DNA of 64,000 nt from an uncultured delta proteobacterium. Its GTDB lineage: Bacteria; Myxococcota_A; Polyangia; Polyangiales; Polyangiaceae. The notes under the pieces were generated by a model. It saw only the letters and a list, made by a program, of their open reading frames with translations, made no database searches and was not told the DNA's origin. The position numbers and the translations under genes are program-made. Of this stretch, positions 49,801-61,854 are shown piece after piece. Every line of letters starts with the position of its first letter. Positions within the stretch are counted from its first letter, which is position 1. Location of the stretch: contig CAWKKR010000001.1 in assembly GCA_963850305.1 (NCBI GenBank), positions 384,001-448,000 of the forward strand, given 5' to 3'.

Positions 49801-51160
49801 ATGTCTTCTCCAGAAATCGAACTCGAAAGTCTCGCCGCCTCACTGGTCGAACGCGCACGCAGGGCAGGCGCAGATGTCGCCGAAGCGAAAGCGCAGTCCG
49901 GATGGGAGCTGACCGTTCGCGTTCGTCTGGGAGAGCCCGAGCTCGTGCAAGAGGCCGGCAGCCGCGCCGTCTCGCTGCGCGTGATGAAGGGCGGGCGGGT
50001 CGCTCTCACGTCGACGAGCGACGTCTCGGAGACGGGGCTCGCGCGAGCCGTCGCAGACGCAATGGAACTGGTAGAGTTGAGCGAAGTCGACCCCTTCGCT
50101 GGCCCTGCGGACCCCGCGTTCCTTTCGAAGCCGCCCTACCCCGATTCTCGATCTCCACGACCCCGCTGTCGAAAGCGTCGACGCCGAACGAGCGTTGGAT
50201 ATCGCGACGCGTGCGGAACGAGCGGCGCTCGCGTTCGATCCGCGCATTACCCTCAGCGAGGGAGCCTCTTTCTCGCGCGTCACCGGGCATTCCGCGCTGG
50301 TCCTGTCGGGAGGGTTCACCGGAACGAGTGCCGGCTCCTACGCATCGCTAGTGGTTGCACCGGTCGCGATGGACGTCGGCGGCAAGCGACGCCGCGGACA
50401 CTACTGGTCGGCGCGACGTCACCTCTCGGACCTCGAGACCGCGGAGAGCGTCGGGGCAGAGGCCGCGCGACGAACCCTCCGCCAGCTCGGACCGAGAAAA
50501 GTCGCGACCTGCGAGGCGCCAATTGTGTTTTCACCTGACGCCGCGAGATCAATCCTCGGCACGTTCGCGGGATGCATCGTGGGCGGGGCCGTGTGGCGCA
50601 AATCGACATATCTCGTGGGGCGCGAGGACACGCAGGTGGCAAATCAACTGGTCACTATCGTGGACGACCCTTTCATTCCTCGAGGGCCGGGCTCGCGGGC
50701 ATTCGACGGGGAGGGTCTCGCCTCGCAACGCAACGTGGTGGTCGAGGGCGGCGTGCTCAAGACCTTCTTGCTCGACTCGTACAGCGCTAGAAAACTCGGG
50801 CGTCAGTCCACGGCGAGCGGCGCCCGGTCCGGCGGCGTCTCGGCATCGACGACGAACTTCGTCCTCCAGAATGGCGGCGTGTCGCACGATGACCTCGTCC
50901 GCTCGACGCCGCGCGGTCTATATGTGACGGACATGATGGGTTTTGGATTCAATGCCATCACCGGTGACTTTTCCCGTGGCGCGAGCGGCTTCTGGATCGA
51001 AAATGGCGAGCTCGCTCACGCCGTGAGCGAAGTGACGATCTCATCGAACCTCGACGCCATGTTGTTCGGAATCGATGCCGTTGCGAACGACCTCGATCTG
51101 AAGACGTCGACGGCGGCTCCCACGTTCCGCGTCGCGTCCATGACGATTGCCGGAACCTGA
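49801..51160 (+). CDS. pmbA: TldD/PmbA-family protein (PmbA/TldE-like); frameshift at ~50146
   Basis: N-terminal AGADVAE...VRLGEPE; C-terminal FDGEG, TGDFSRGASGFWIENGE; removing one T restores PDLDLHDP. Confidence 0.88.
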
Positions 51161-51272
51161 GTTCCCCCGGAGGCGCACGAGGCCCGCGCGATCAGGCCTC
51201 CCTGGGGTGGTATTGGTTTTGTCGGTGCGAATTTGCGAATGTCCTTCGTACCATGAAGCGGCGTGAGGTGGC

Positions 51273-52748
51273 TCACGGGGTGGCTAGCACGTTTGGTGCG
51301 CCCGGGGACGCACCCGGCGCCGCGCTCGGACCGGCGGCATCCGGATCGTCGTCGAGCGATGCGGGTGTTCGGCGCGCGATGCTCACGCCTGCACGGGGCG
51401 GCGCCAGCGCCGGGAGCACGGAGATCGGCTCGCCCGTCGCATCGCGGAGTTGGAGCTCTTCCCCCGCATTCGAAAGTCCACGCCCCCAATCTTCGATGCG
51501 AAGAACGCGAGTGCCGGGCACGGGCGCTACGTCCACCGACGACGGCACGAACTTCATCGGAACCACGAGAGCAAACTCCCCCGGCGCGAGCGTCGCGCTC
51601 GGCAATGAGAGGTCCCCGTTGACGTCATGGACCGTGAAACCCGATAGATCCGCTGGCGCGAGGCCACTGTTCACCAGCTCGATCCACTCGGACGACGGCT
51701 CCGGACCGAGTGGGTTCGCGAGCACCTCGTTCACGACGACGTGAGGCTCCGGCGAAAGCGTATGCCAAGTGACGTCGAACACCGTCTCGACGCCGTCGAG
51801 CCCCCGCGCCGCACCCGCGACGCGAAGGTCCGTGGAAGGTGCCAACCCACTCACCACGAACCGCGAGCTCGATGACAGCGGCACGACCAGGTCCTCGCCC
51901 GGAGCGCGGAAAGTCCAGAGAAACGGAGCCGAAGGAGACCGAACAATCGCGCGATCGTCTTCGACAGTGGCGCATCCGGGTCCGACGGTGCTCTCGGTCG
52001 CTTCACACGCGATCGCCGACGCCGATTGCGCGGAACCGAGACTGAGCGGCGCCGGATCCAGCGCGAGCGCATCGAGCGACGGAGGCGGCACTGCGATGCC
52101 TGTCACTTCCCCCGCCGCGTCGCGGTCCCTCGACGGAAGGACGTCCATGCGGAAGCAACGGTCGGAAGCGGTCTCGCTCGAGTCAGCGCCCGGAGTCACG
52201 TTTGCGGAGATCCCTGTCGGCTCGAGCGTGACCGGAAACGCTTGCGACAAGGGAACGGATGGCGTGCAAAAGACGGCGTGTGCGCCACCCGCCTTTGCGG
52301 TCGGGGGCGGCCAGACCCGCGCGGCGAAGGGAAGCCCCGAGGCTTCCGTAACTGTAACGTTGTCGACATGCCCGAGGCCGAGCGCGGCGATATCGTACGT
52401 TGTCCCCGGCACGAGCGGCACCGAAGGAGCAAGAACCAGAGCCCCACGGGCCGCGTCTTCCCAGACAAACGCGGGAACGCGACGAGACGCCAGGGTGCTG
52501 GAGATCTGCCCGTCACGAATCCGGTCGGAGTAGTAGGCGTCGAGAGGATCCTCGAACAGAAGCACGGCCGCCGGGTCCACGCGTAGACCGGCGATCCGCA
52601 GTCGAACGACGGCTGGCAGCGCGCTCACGGACGCATCGGGTTCCGCCGTGACGGCGAGCCGCGGCGATTTGCCAGCGACCGGATCGCAGGCCGCGCAAAG
52701 CACACAGATAGGGGACAAAAGGAGCAGGCCTCGCGCCGCGGCTCGCAT
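51273..52748 (-). CDS. Lipoprotein with C-terminal lamin-tail domain
   Basis: Lipobox CAAC; VVNEVLANP..EPSSEWIELVN, LSNAGE, SPGAPN. Confidence 0.78.
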   Translation of the reverse strand: MRAAARGLLLLSPICVLCAACDPVAGKSPRLAVTAEPDASVSALPAVVRLRIAGLRVDPAAVLLFEDPLDAYYSDRIRDGQISSTLASRRVPAFVWEDAARGALVLAPSVPLVPGTTYDIAALGLGHVDNVTVTEASGLPFAARVWPPPTAKAGGAHAVFCTPSVPLSQAFPVTLEPTGISANVTPGADSSETASDRCFRMDVLPSRDRDAAGEVTGIAVPPPSLDALALDPAPLSLGSAQSASAIACEATESTVGPGCATVEDDRAIVRSPSAPFLWTFRAPGEDLVVPLSSSSRFVVSGLAPSTDLRVAGAARGLDGVETVFDVTWHTLSPEPHVVVNEVLANPLGPEPSSEWIELVNSGLAPADLSGFTVHDVNGDLSLPSATLAPGEFALVVPMKFVPSSVDVAPVPGTRVLRIEDWGRGLSNAGEELQLRDATGEPISVLPALAPPRAGVSIARRTPASLDDDPDAAGPSAAPGASPGAPNVLATP

Positions 52749-52802
52749 CGTCCGTCGGGTCGGGTCCGGAGCGGACCGAGTTGCGTGATACCGTCCCGCC
52801 TC

Positions 52803-53135
52803 ATGCTGGCGGACGACATCAAGCGGCTCAGGACGGCTCTCGACTGCTCCGTCGGAGAGCTCGCGGAGGCTGCGGGCGTCGATGTGCGCACCGTGCTCGA
52901 CTGGGAATCCGGTGAACGCTTTCCGACGAAGCGGCACGCCGACAAGCTCGAAGCGCTCCGCGGCGCCGCCCCCGGTGCAATCCGCCGCAAGCTACGCGGG
53001 AAGAAGCCGCCGACGGGCTTTGCTCTGCTTGCGGACTCACGGCTGTGGGCCATCGTCCGAAAGCTCGTTGCGCACGCCGACATGATGACCGAAGTCGAGC
53101 GCATCGCCACGAAGTACGACGACCCGGCGGACTGA
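52803..53135 (+). CDS. XRE-family helix-turn-helix protein
   Basis: IKRLR...SVGELAEAAGVDVRTVLDWESGERFP. Confidence 0.85.
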   Translation: MLADDIKRLRTALDCSVGELAEAAGVDVRTVLDWESGERFPTKRHADKLEALRGAAPGAIRRKLRGKKPPTGFALLADSRLWAIVRKLVAHADMMTEVERIATKYDDPAD

Positions 53136-53142
53136 CTCCGGA

Positions 53143-54128
<986 letters not shown>

Positions 54129-54147
<19 letters not shown>

Positions 54148-55038
54148 TCAGAGCCTTCGTTTGGATCGTCGTCGCGGACGGCGAGCTCGACACGGATCGT
54201 CGCATACGGCCCTTCCTGGGCAATGCGGGTCATCCGAAGCCGGGTCATCTCCAGGAGCGCGAGAAAAGTCACGATCATGTCGGCGCGCGTGCGGTCCCCG
54301 GAGAACAGCTCCTCGAACGCAACGACGGGACGCTGGCGCAGGATGTCGCTCAGCTGATTGATCCGGTCGGTGACGCTGATCCGGTCGAAGTCGATCTGGT
54401 GGTCCTTGGTGCGACTGACCCGCTTCAAGAATCGACTCGAACGCGTCGAGGAGCTTGAAGAGGCTCGTCGACGCCAGCGGTGCGGGGCCCTCCGCGACCG
54501 CCTCGCTGGTCCCGCGCAGAAACACGTCCCGTCCGAGGACGGAGCGACCGCCGAGTTGCTCTGCCGCGAGCTTGTACTTCTGGTATTCGAGCAGGCGCCG
54601 CACGAGTTCCGCGCGCGGGTCAGCCTCCTCTTCGTCGCTCGCGTCCTGATCCTCCGGAGGCGCCGGGAGCAGCATCTTCGACTTGATGTGCGTGAGTGTC
54701 GCCGCCATGACGAGGTACTCGCTAGCGAGATCGATGTTCATCTCCTCCATCAAGAGGATGTACTCGACGTATTTCTCGGTGACGAAGCCGATGGGAATGT
54801 CGAGAACGTCGAGTTCGTGCTTCTGGATGAGGTGAAGCAAGAGATCCAGCGGCCCTTCGAAGTCGGGGATCTGAACGCGGTAGGCCGCACTCGACTCGGC
54901 CGTGGCTGCTGCGCCGGGCGCCGAAGTTCCGGACGATACTTCCGGGGACCGGGTTTTCGCGACGCCCGGGCGAGCGGCCGCGCCGATCGCTTTGCCCTCG
55001 GCGTCCTCTCCGCCGTCGCGCGGGTCGTCGTTGCTCAC
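54129..55038 (-). CDS. scpA: Segregation and condensation protein ScpA; frameshift at ~54430
   Basis: FEGPLDLLLHLI, EYLVMAA..IKSKMLLP, DPRAELVRRLLEY; continues as KRVSR...IVTFLALLEM in ORF 54129-54428. Confidence 0.93.
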
Positions 55039-55727
55039 GCGAACCTCGAAAAACCGATGTCGAGTCCGAAAATTGACTGCAACGCGACACCGAGGACTTG
55101 CACGGGGAAAAAGAGGACTTCGCTGACCTTGGGCACGCTGAGAACGACCAGGATGATGAAGAACGAGTATGGCGCAATAGCGCGCTGCAAGTCGTCGAGC
55201 CTACGCGGCAACAAGCGCGAGCCGTCCAGAGGCGGAAACGGCAGCAGGTTCAGCACGCAGAGCCCGACGTTCACTCGCACGAGGGCGGCTAGCAAGACCG
55301 CAGCGGCACTCATGGTCGCGAGCGCGGAACCCACGCCGTCGACGAAGTGGAGCAGGAGGCGGAGCAGTCCCATGGAGAGGACGGCGAGCAGGAGATTCGA
55401 CAGCGGACCGGCGACGGCAACGAGGCGGTGCCCGTTGCGCATGGAAATGCGACGCGTATACCGACTTGGATTCGTCTCAACGGGCCGAGCCCATCCGATG
55501 AACGGTATTCCGCCGGCCAGGATCGCGATGGTCGGTATCAGGAAGGTGCCCCAGATATCGTAGTGAGCCAGCGGCGAAAGCGTGAGGCGCCCCTGACGCC
55601 GGGGCGTGTCGTCCCCGAGGCCGTTCGCGACGACCGCGTGGGCAAACTCGTGGACCGTCAGCGACAGGAGCATCGTAACGAGATAGAGAAGTAGCGTTCT
55701 GCCCGTATCCGCAAAGCGGCCGTTCAC
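55035..55727 (-). CDS. Site-2 protease (M50 family)
   Basis: HEFAH, GRLTLSPLAH, AGPLSN, NLLPFPPLDG. Confidence 0.92.
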   Translation of the reverse strand: MNGRFADTGRTLLLYLVTMLLSLTVHEFAHAVVANGLGDDTPRRQGRLTLSPLAHYDIWGTFLIPTIAILAGGIPFIGWARPVETNPSRYTRRISMRNGHRLVAVAGPLSNLLLAVLSMGLLRLLLHFVDGVGSALATMSAAAVLLAALVRVNVGLCVLNLLPFPPLDGSRLLPRRLDDLQRAIAPYSFFIILVVLSVPKVSEVLFFPVQVLGVALQSIFGLDIGFSRFA

Positions 55728-55836
55728 GGGGCGGAGCCTACATGAGGGTCGAAGGGTCTGCGACAGGACAGATCCTGCGGGCCGTTCGAAAAACACGCCC
55801 GACGCTGGGCGCCGTGGGTGCTACCATTTGCGGCCG

Positions 55837-56943
55837 ATGGCCGAGAGGCGACGGGTATGCCCCACCTGCGGCGAGGCCTACGGTGAGGCGGCTCTCTTTT
55901 GCCCTCGGGACGGTGCACCGCTCGGGAGCCGCCAAAAAGACAACGGCCGCGATCCGTACGTGGGTTCGAGCATCGCGCCGGGCGTCCGGGTCGAGCGCCT
56001 CGTAGGGATCGGTTCCATGGGGCGCGTGTACCGCGCGCACCAGGCGGGCGTCGATCGCGCGGTCGCGGTGAAGGTCCTGCTTCCCGAGCACGCCAGGAGC
56101 GAAACACTGGTCGCGAGGTTTCAGCGCGAAGCGCGCGTGGCGGGCGGGCTCGTGCATCCGAACGTCGTCGTCGTTCACGCGACGGGACATGTGGATACAA
56201 AAGGGGGTGCGTACGAGCCGTACCTCATCATGGAGTTTCTCGACGGCCTTTCCCTGCGGTCGGCGCTCGTGGCGAGCGACGGTGGGCTGCCGGCGCTGCG
56301 AGCGGTCCGGATCGTACTTCAGATTTGCGACGCGATGGGAGAAGCGCACGGGCGGGGCATCGTGCATCGTGATCTGAAGCCGGAGAACGTGATGCTCATC
56401 GCGGTCGGAAACGAGCCCGATTTCGTCAAGGTGCTCGACTTCGGCGTTGCTCGCGTTGGGGAGGCGGACAGTTCCATTGCGACTCACGCCGGCGCGGTGC
56501 TTGGCACGGCGACCTATGCTTGTCCCGAGAGCGCGCGCGGAGACCCGATGGGCCCTCGTGGCGACGTGTACTCGATAGCGACGATTCTGTTCGAGTGTCT
56601 TGCCGGACGCGCGCCGTTCATCGGGAAGGGTCCGGTCGATGTGCTCATTCAGCATGCCCAGACTCCGCCGCCCGATTTGCGGTCGGTCCCGCGCGCCGCC
56701 GACGTCCCCGAGCCGATCGCACGCGTCATCGCAGCATCGCTTGCAAAAGCGCCGGAGGCTCGCCCGCCGAATGCGCGCGAGCTCGGCCGTGCGCTGCTCG
56801 TCGCGGCCGCCGCGTCGAGTTTCGACATCGGGCCCGGAGCGCGAACGCTTCTCGGAGGCGATCGCAGCACGCCGGCGGGCTCCGGGCGCGTACCCGAAGT
56901 GGCGCGAACGCTGCCAAACTATGGCCCAAAGGACACGCTCTAG
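55837..56943 (+). CDS. Ser/Thr protein kinase with N-terminal zinc ribbon
   Basis: CPTC...FCPRDG; VAVK, HRDLKPEN, DFG; no TM helix. Confidence 0.92.
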   Translation: MAERRRVCPTCGEAYGEAALFCPRDGAPLGSRQKDNGRDPYVGSSIAPGVRVERLVGIGSMGRVYRAHQAGVDRAVAVKVLLPEHARSETLVARFQREARVAGGLVHPNVVVVHATGHVDTKGGAYEPYLIMEFLDGLSLRSALVASDGGLPALRAVRIVLQICDAMGEAHGRGIVHRDLKPENVMLIAVGNEPDFVKVLDFGVARVGEADSSIATHAGAVLGTATYACPESARGDPMGPRGDVYSIATILFECLAGRAPFIGKGPVDVLIQHAQTPPPDLRSVPRAADVPEPIARVIAASLAKAPEARPPNARELGRALLVAAAASSFDIGPGARTLLGGDRSTPAGSGRVPEVARTLPNYGPKDTL

Positions 56944-57668
56944 TGGGTCGCCGGATCGCCGCCGCAGTCAGCGTGTGCCTGCTCGTGAGCGCGCGGACGG
57001 GCGCTGCCGCCGGTCCAGAGACGGACGTCGTGCCGCAACAGCGCGACGACTCGACCACCATGCATGGCATGGCCGAATTCGGAGTCGGCACTCTCCTCCT
57101 GCCCGACGCGACCGTGTGCACTGCCGAGGGCGCCCCCTGCAAGCGAGGAGACGCGAGTCTGGCGCTCAGCGGCTGGCCACTCTTTCGGCGCGGGCAGTTC
57201 GCGGGCGGTGCCGGCATCACCATGGGCCTGACCTCGAGCACGAGCACGCCTGCCAACGATTCCCCTGACGTGCCACGCGCCCATCTTCGGCGTTATCTGT
57301 CCGCGGAAGCGACCGCCCGATACTACCTTCCCATCGACGAGCGGATCGATGCCTGGACGGGCGTGACCGCCGGGCTCGGCGTCGTCAACGACACGTTCCT
57401 CTCCACACGCGGCCTCGGAGACAAGGCGGTCGTGGGGCCACGGGGTGCAACCATCCTGACGGAGGGATTCACCTGCGGCATCGGCCTTGGCGCGGCGTAC
57501 GCCATCGCCGAGAACTGGCGACTCGGCTTTCAAGCGCGCGGAATGCTGTGGTTCTTACCGGACACGCCCGCCACGGATACACGCATGGATCTCGCGTCGT
57601 TGACCGGGCACGTCGTCGCCCTCGACCTCGCCCTGACCATCGGCTACCGAACCCGGCTGGTGTTTTGA
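56943..57668 (+). CDS. Small outer-membrane beta-barrel-like protein
   Basis: Signal peptide, amphipathic strands, terminal LTIGYRTRLVF. Confidence 0.62.
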   Translation: MGRRIAAAVSVCLLVSARTGAAAGPETDVVPQQRDDSTTMHGMAEFGVGTLLLPDATVCTAEGAPCKRGDASLALSGWPLFRRGQFAGGAGITMGLTSSTSTPANDSPDVPRAHLRRYLSAEATARYYLPIDERIDAWTGVTAGLGVVNDTFLSTRGLGDKAVVGPRGATILTEGFTCGIGLGAAYAIAENWRLGFQARGMLWFLPDTPATDTRMDLASLTGHVVALDLALTIGYRTRLVF

Positions 57669-57676
57669 CGGAACGC

Positions 57677-58435
57677 TCAACGTCGACCGAAGATCGCTAT
57701 GCCTTCGACGATTCGATCGAGGAGGGCCGCAGTCGCCACGAGCACGACGAGGGTCCGGAGCGGAGCCAAGAAAGATTGCGACCGTATCGACGGCAGCTCG
57801 CGCGCGACTACCATGCTGGTCATATCCATCACGAGCGAAACGACGAGCAAGGGAGCCGCCAGGCTCGCTCCGACGTCGATCCCCGCCGCCAGATCGAAGG
57901 CCGCCGCGCGGAGAGGCTCCGTCGTGCCGGCAGGCAGATCCGCCAGACGTGACAGCGCGCGAGTCGTCCCGCCGCCGTCCAGAAACAAGATCGCCGCTAG
58001 AAGTCCCATGAGCGTTTCGAATGGCGGTCCACCCGGACCGCGAGGTGTCCTCAGCCGGACACGAGGAACCGAGAGAGACGTGTCCGCGATCCCCCCCGCC
58101 ACGGACGCCGCCCAGAGCGAAATGCTCGCCGCCAGCGCGAGCGGAATGCCGCGAGCGATCTGCTCCGCAACGAGGGAAGGCCATGGCGACGCAACGTCGA
58201 TCGCGGGTAGTCGCAGCGCTGGGGCGAGGGAAAGGCCGACCATGAACGCAATCGCGACGCGCCAGACCCCCGGCAAGAATCCGAGACCGAAGGCCGGCAG
58301 CAAAACGACGAGCGGCAACACGCGCGCCCACGCGATCCCCCATGCCACGAGGCTCTGCCCCGATGCGTGCACCTCGGCGACGAGCGCGTCGGCAACTCCG
58401 TTCGTGAGCGTGATGCCCGCAGGCGCGAGGTTCAC
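57677..58435 (-). CDS. Type III export gate protein FliR/SctT (EscT/YscT)
   Basis: ARVLPLVVLLPAFG...P...RVAIA; AGGIAD; LFLDGG; LAAPLLVVSLVMD...VARELP; about six hydrophobic helices. Confidence 0.78.
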   Translation of the reverse strand: MNLAPAGITLTNGVADALVAEVHASGQSLVAWGIAWARVLPLVVLLPAFGLGFLPGVWRVAIAFMVGLSLAPALRLPAIDVASPWPSLVAEQIARGIPLALAASISLWAASVAGGIADTSLSVPRVRLRTPRGPGGPPFETLMGLLAAILFLDGGGTTRALSRLADLPAGTTEPLRAAAFDLAAGIDVGASLAAPLLVVSLVMDMTSMVVARELPSIRSQSFLAPLRTLVVLVATAALLDRIVEGIAIFGRR

Positions 58436-58508
58436 CGCCCTTCCTTACCGCGCGCGCCCTTGGCCGAGCAATTGACGTACGGCGACGCGGAAAGTATCGG
58501 TCCGAAGG

Positions 58509-59345
58509 ATGAGTCTCGACCCAGCGTGCGCGGGCCTGACCACCCCCCCTTTCGAGTTCGAGTACGACTTTCGAACGACGGTGCTCTACGCGCTCGGGAT
58601 CGGCGCCAAAGCCGACGAGCTCGACTACCTTTACGAGGGCCGCGGCCCCAAGGTGTACCCGACCTTCGCCGTCGTTCCGGCATACGTTCCACTCATCGCT
58701 CTCCTCGGAAAGACTGGCGGCAACCTGTCGACCATGGTCCACGGCGCGCAGACCGTCACGCTCAGGAAACCGATCCCTCCTGCGGGGAAGTTCGTGACGA
58801 CGGCGCGCGTGAGCGGCGTCTACGACATGAAGAGGCTTGCACAAGTCCTCTGCTCCACCGAGAGCCGGATCGCGGACGACGTCGTGTGCACGACGGACTG
58901 GCAGCTCTTGTTTCGTGACGAGGGAGGGTTTGGAGGTCCTCATCCCCCGAAAGCCGCCGCCCCACGGGTTCCCGACGGACAAGCACCCAGCTTCGAGGCG
59001 GACGAAGCGACATCCAAGGAACAAGCACTCTTGTACCGACTCTCCGGGGACACCAATCCGCTGCACGCGGACCCGGCGTTCGCCGAAAGCGTCGGTTTCA
59101 AGGAGGGACCGATCTTGCACGGCCTCGCGACGTATGGGTTTCTGTCCCGGGCCGTGATCCGGAGCGCGTGCGGAGGCGACGCTTCACGGCTGAAGTCGTT
59201 CACGGCGCAGTTCCGAAGGCCGGTCTGGCCCGGCGAGACTCTGCGTACCGTCGGATGGACGGTCGGCTCGAATGTCGTGGTCAAGGCCTACGCAGGCGGC
59301 CGCGAGGATGCGGTCGTTACAGGCTGCTACGCGGAACTCGGCTGA
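58509..59345 (+). CDS. MaoC-like double-hotdog (R)-specific enoyl-CoA hydratase
   Basis: LYALGIG, YRLSGDTNPLHADP, ILHGL, PVWPGETL. Confidence 0.92.
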   Translation: MSLDPACAGLTTPPFEFEYDFRTTVLYALGIGAKADELDYLYEGRGPKVYPTFAVVPAYVPLIALLGKTGGNLSTMVHGAQTVTLRKPIPPAGKFVTTARVSGVYDMKRLAQVLCSTESRIADDVVCTTDWQLLFRDEGGFGGPHPPKAAAPRVPDGQAPSFEADEATSKEQALLYRLSGDTNPLHADPAFAESVGFKEGPILHGLATYGFLSRAVIRSACGGDASRLKSFTAQFRRPVWPGETLRTVGWTVGSNVVVKAYAGGREDAVVTGCYAELG

Positions 59346-59387
59346 AGGCCGACTGGCTCTCCGCGGACCCGGCGGCGGCGCGACGAT

Positions 59388-60524
59388 TCAGATCGCCCGC
59401 GCGATGACCATCCGCTGGATCTGGCTCGTGCCCTCTCCGATTTCGCAGATCTTCACATCCCTCAGGTGGCGTTCGACGGCGAACTCACGGGTGTAGCCGT
59501 AGCCGCCGTGCACCTGGAGGGCCGCGTTGCACGCCCGCGTCGCAGCTTCACTGGCGTACAGCTTGGCCATCGACGCCTCGCGCGAGTATGCAGCGCCGCC
59601 GTCCGCGAGAGTCGCGGCTCGATAGACCAGCAAGGCCGCCGCCTCGAGCTCCGCCCAGGACGTCGCCAGGAGTTCCCGGATGGCGTCGAATCGACCGATG
59701 GGGCGGCCAAAAGCCTCGCGTTCACGCGCGTACTTCACGGCCATTGCGAGCGCGCCGCGCCCGAGCCCGAGCGCCATCGCCGCGATGGACACGCGCCCGC
59801 GATCCAGGATCTTCATCGTGTCGTAGAAGCCGTGATCGACGTCTCCAATCCGATTTTCATCGGGCACACGCACGTCGACGAGGGAAACCTCGGCCGTGTC
59901 GCTCGAGCGACAGCCGTATTTGCGGAGCTCACGACTCGCGGAGAACCCCGGCGTCCCGCGCTCGACGACGAACGCGGTGATCCCACGCTGCGCGGGGACG
60001 TTCCTGTTCGAACGCGCCAGGACGACCGCGAAGCCGCCGACCGAGCCTTGAGTCACGAACATCTTCGTCCCGTTCAATATCCAGGTCGCGCCGTCACGGA
60101 CGGCCGTCGTCTGGACGGCGGCACTGTCGGAGCCAGACCCCGGCTCGGTGAGCGCCCACGCTGCCAGCCATTCGCCCGTCGTGGCTCTCGACAGGTAGCG
60201 CCGCTTCTGGGCGTCGGTACCGAACGACAGGATATGGCTGGTGCCGAGGCCGTTGTGGCTCGCGACCGTGAGCGCGAGCGAACCATCCACGCGAGCACAC
60301 TCCTCGACCACGAGCGCGTACGCCAGCGTGTCCATGGCGGCGCCCCCGAACTCCTCTGGAATTCGAATGCCGAGCAGACCGAGACTCGCGAGCTGCGGCA
60401 CGATCTCCCGCGGGAAACGCTCGGCCTCGTCCCACTCCGCTGCACGGGGCGCGACCTCGCGTTCGCAGAACTCCCTCACGGAACCACGGAGTAGCTGGTG
60501 GGATTCGGGTAGAGAAAAATCCAT
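59388..60524 (-). CDS. Acyl-CoA dehydrogenase
   Basis: LTEPGSGSD, LNGTKMFVT, QVHGGYGY, IGEGTSQIQR. Confidence 0.95.
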   Translation of the reverse strand: MDFSLPESHQLLRGSVREFCEREVAPRAAEWDEAERFPREIVPQLASLGLLGIRIPEEFGGAAMDTLAYALVVEECARVDGSLALTVASHNGLGTSHILSFGTDAQKRRYLSRATTGEWLAAWALTEPGSGSDSAAVQTTAVRDGATWILNGTKMFVTQGSVGGFAVVLARSNRNVPAQRGITAFVVERGTPGFSASRELRKYGCRSSDTAEVSLVDVRVPDENRIGDVDHGFYDTMKILDRGRVSIAAMALGLGRGALAMAVKYAREREAFGRPIGRFDAIRELLATSWAELEAAALLVYRAATLADGGAAYSREASMAKLYASEAATRACNAALQVHGGYGYTREFAVERHLRDVKICEIGEGTSQIQRMVIARAI

Positions 60525-60539
60525 CGGCGTTCGCGACGA

Positions 60540-61634
60540 CTATCCCCCGGAGAGGAGCTTCTGTAGAAGGGCCACCTTGTCGGGACGGGTGAGCTTGACA
60601 CGCGCCTCGTCATCCTTCGAGTGCCCGCTGCCGAGAACGAGCTCCTCATCGCCGACCCCGAACACCTTCTTGCCGTTCCGGCCTACGACCCACTCGGTCT
60701 TGGGCGCGGCATCGTCGCGCTGGGTGGAGAACGCGAGCGCGGGAAGGACGAGTTCCTTGAGCGTCGTCGCGCGATCGATCTTCTTGATCGTCTCGAGGAC
60801 GTCTCCGGCCGCATCATCGTCGGCCCGGCCGAGGGAGAGGATTCGATAACGTCGATCACCGTCCTTGTAGTAGCCGACCGCACCGCTCCCGAGACCGGAG
60901 ATCCCGAGGACGTCACCCACGACGTACACGACGCCCATCGGCAGCAGATGCTCCTTCGGCAGCGCCGCGACGGCCGCAGGCAACGTCGTGTCACCCGGCA
61001 GGCGATCGCCGAGCGCCGTCGCGATCCCCGGCAAGACGCGCTTGGCGCTCGCCCGCATCTGGTCCGGAGACTCGGCCTCGTTCGTGTAGGAGAGCTCGGC
61101 GAGGTACTCGCCGCGAAAGACGTAGGCGATCCCGCTCCCGAGCGCGCCCGCCGCGCCAGCGGGGATCGTCGAAAGAGAGATGTGGACGGGATCCGAGTCC
61201 GCCACCACTCGCTTCGTGAAGAAGCCGAACGCGCCCTCCTTCGTCGCAAATCGCGACAGCGTGATTGCTACTGCACCGGGCGAGCCGGCACCGTCCACGT
61301 ACCGCAGCGTGACGACGCGCTTCAGTCCGTAGCTCTTGTAGACCTCGCATTCGCCGTCGAGTAACTGAGTGCAAACGTCGTCGAGCGTCGAAGGCGCGCC
61401 TTCGCCGTAAGCGCGCGTGTCGCTGTTCGGGTCGACGCAGTATCCCCCGACGGTCTTCGCAAAGAATGCCGCCGAAGCGGGATCGTGCGGAGTACCGCCG
61501 CCGGCCGCGCAGACGCCCGGTCTGCTGCTCGGCACCGGCGGCGGCGCGGCGCCGAGGTCGTCCGGGTCCGGGTTTCGTTTGCATCCCGCGAGAAGGACGC
61601 ACCCCGCAAACCACACCAGCCACCGCAGTTTCAT
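60540..61634 (-). CDS. Hypothetical lipoprotein
   Basis: Lipobox LAGC; LDGECEVYKSYG, GAFGFFT. Confidence 0.75.
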   Translation of the reverse strand: MKLRWLVWFAGCVLLAGCKRNPDPDDLGAAPPPVPSSRPGVCAAGGGTPHDPASAAFFAKTVGGYCVDPNSDTRAYGEGAPSTLDDVCTQLLDGECEVYKSYGLKRVVTLRYVDGAGSPGAVAITLSRFATKEGAFGFFTKRVVADSDPVHISLSTIPAGAAGALGSGIAYVFRGEYLAELSYTNEAESPDQMRASAKRVLPGIATALGDRLPGDTTLPAAVAALPKEHLLPMGVVYVVGDVLGISGLGSGAVGYYKDGDRRYRILSLGRADDDAAGDVLETIKKIDRATTLKELVLPALAFSTQRDDAAPKTEWVVGRNGKKVFGVGDEELVLGSGHSKDDEARVKLTRPDKVALLQKLLSGG

Positions 61635-61821
61635 CACGGGCTTCGATAAACCGGGGCCCGCCCATGCTGCAACGTTCGTCAGGGCTTCGGCGAGGGGCAC
61701 CCTGCCTTGCCGCGGTGCGGTGCCTTGCAATGATTGCGGAGCGTCGCAATCCTTACCGCCCACACCGGCGCCATTGCTGCCGAAATGACTAGGGAAATAG
61801 GTAATCTGAGTCCACGCAAAC

Positions 61822-61837
61822 CGGCACGGCCCTTGCT
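61822..61837 (+). promoter_or_regulatory. Sigma54 (-24/-12) promoter
   Basis: CGGCACG-GCCC-TTGCT versus consensus TGGCACG-N4-TTGCW, with exact GG-N10-GC spacing, directly upstream of the pilin genes. Confidence 0.75.
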
Positions 61838-61854
61838 GTGCGCCCACTGAACCC

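Noticed and set aside
52803..53135. XRE protein as antitoxin or prophage repressor
   Set aside because: No adjacent toxin, integrase or phage genes
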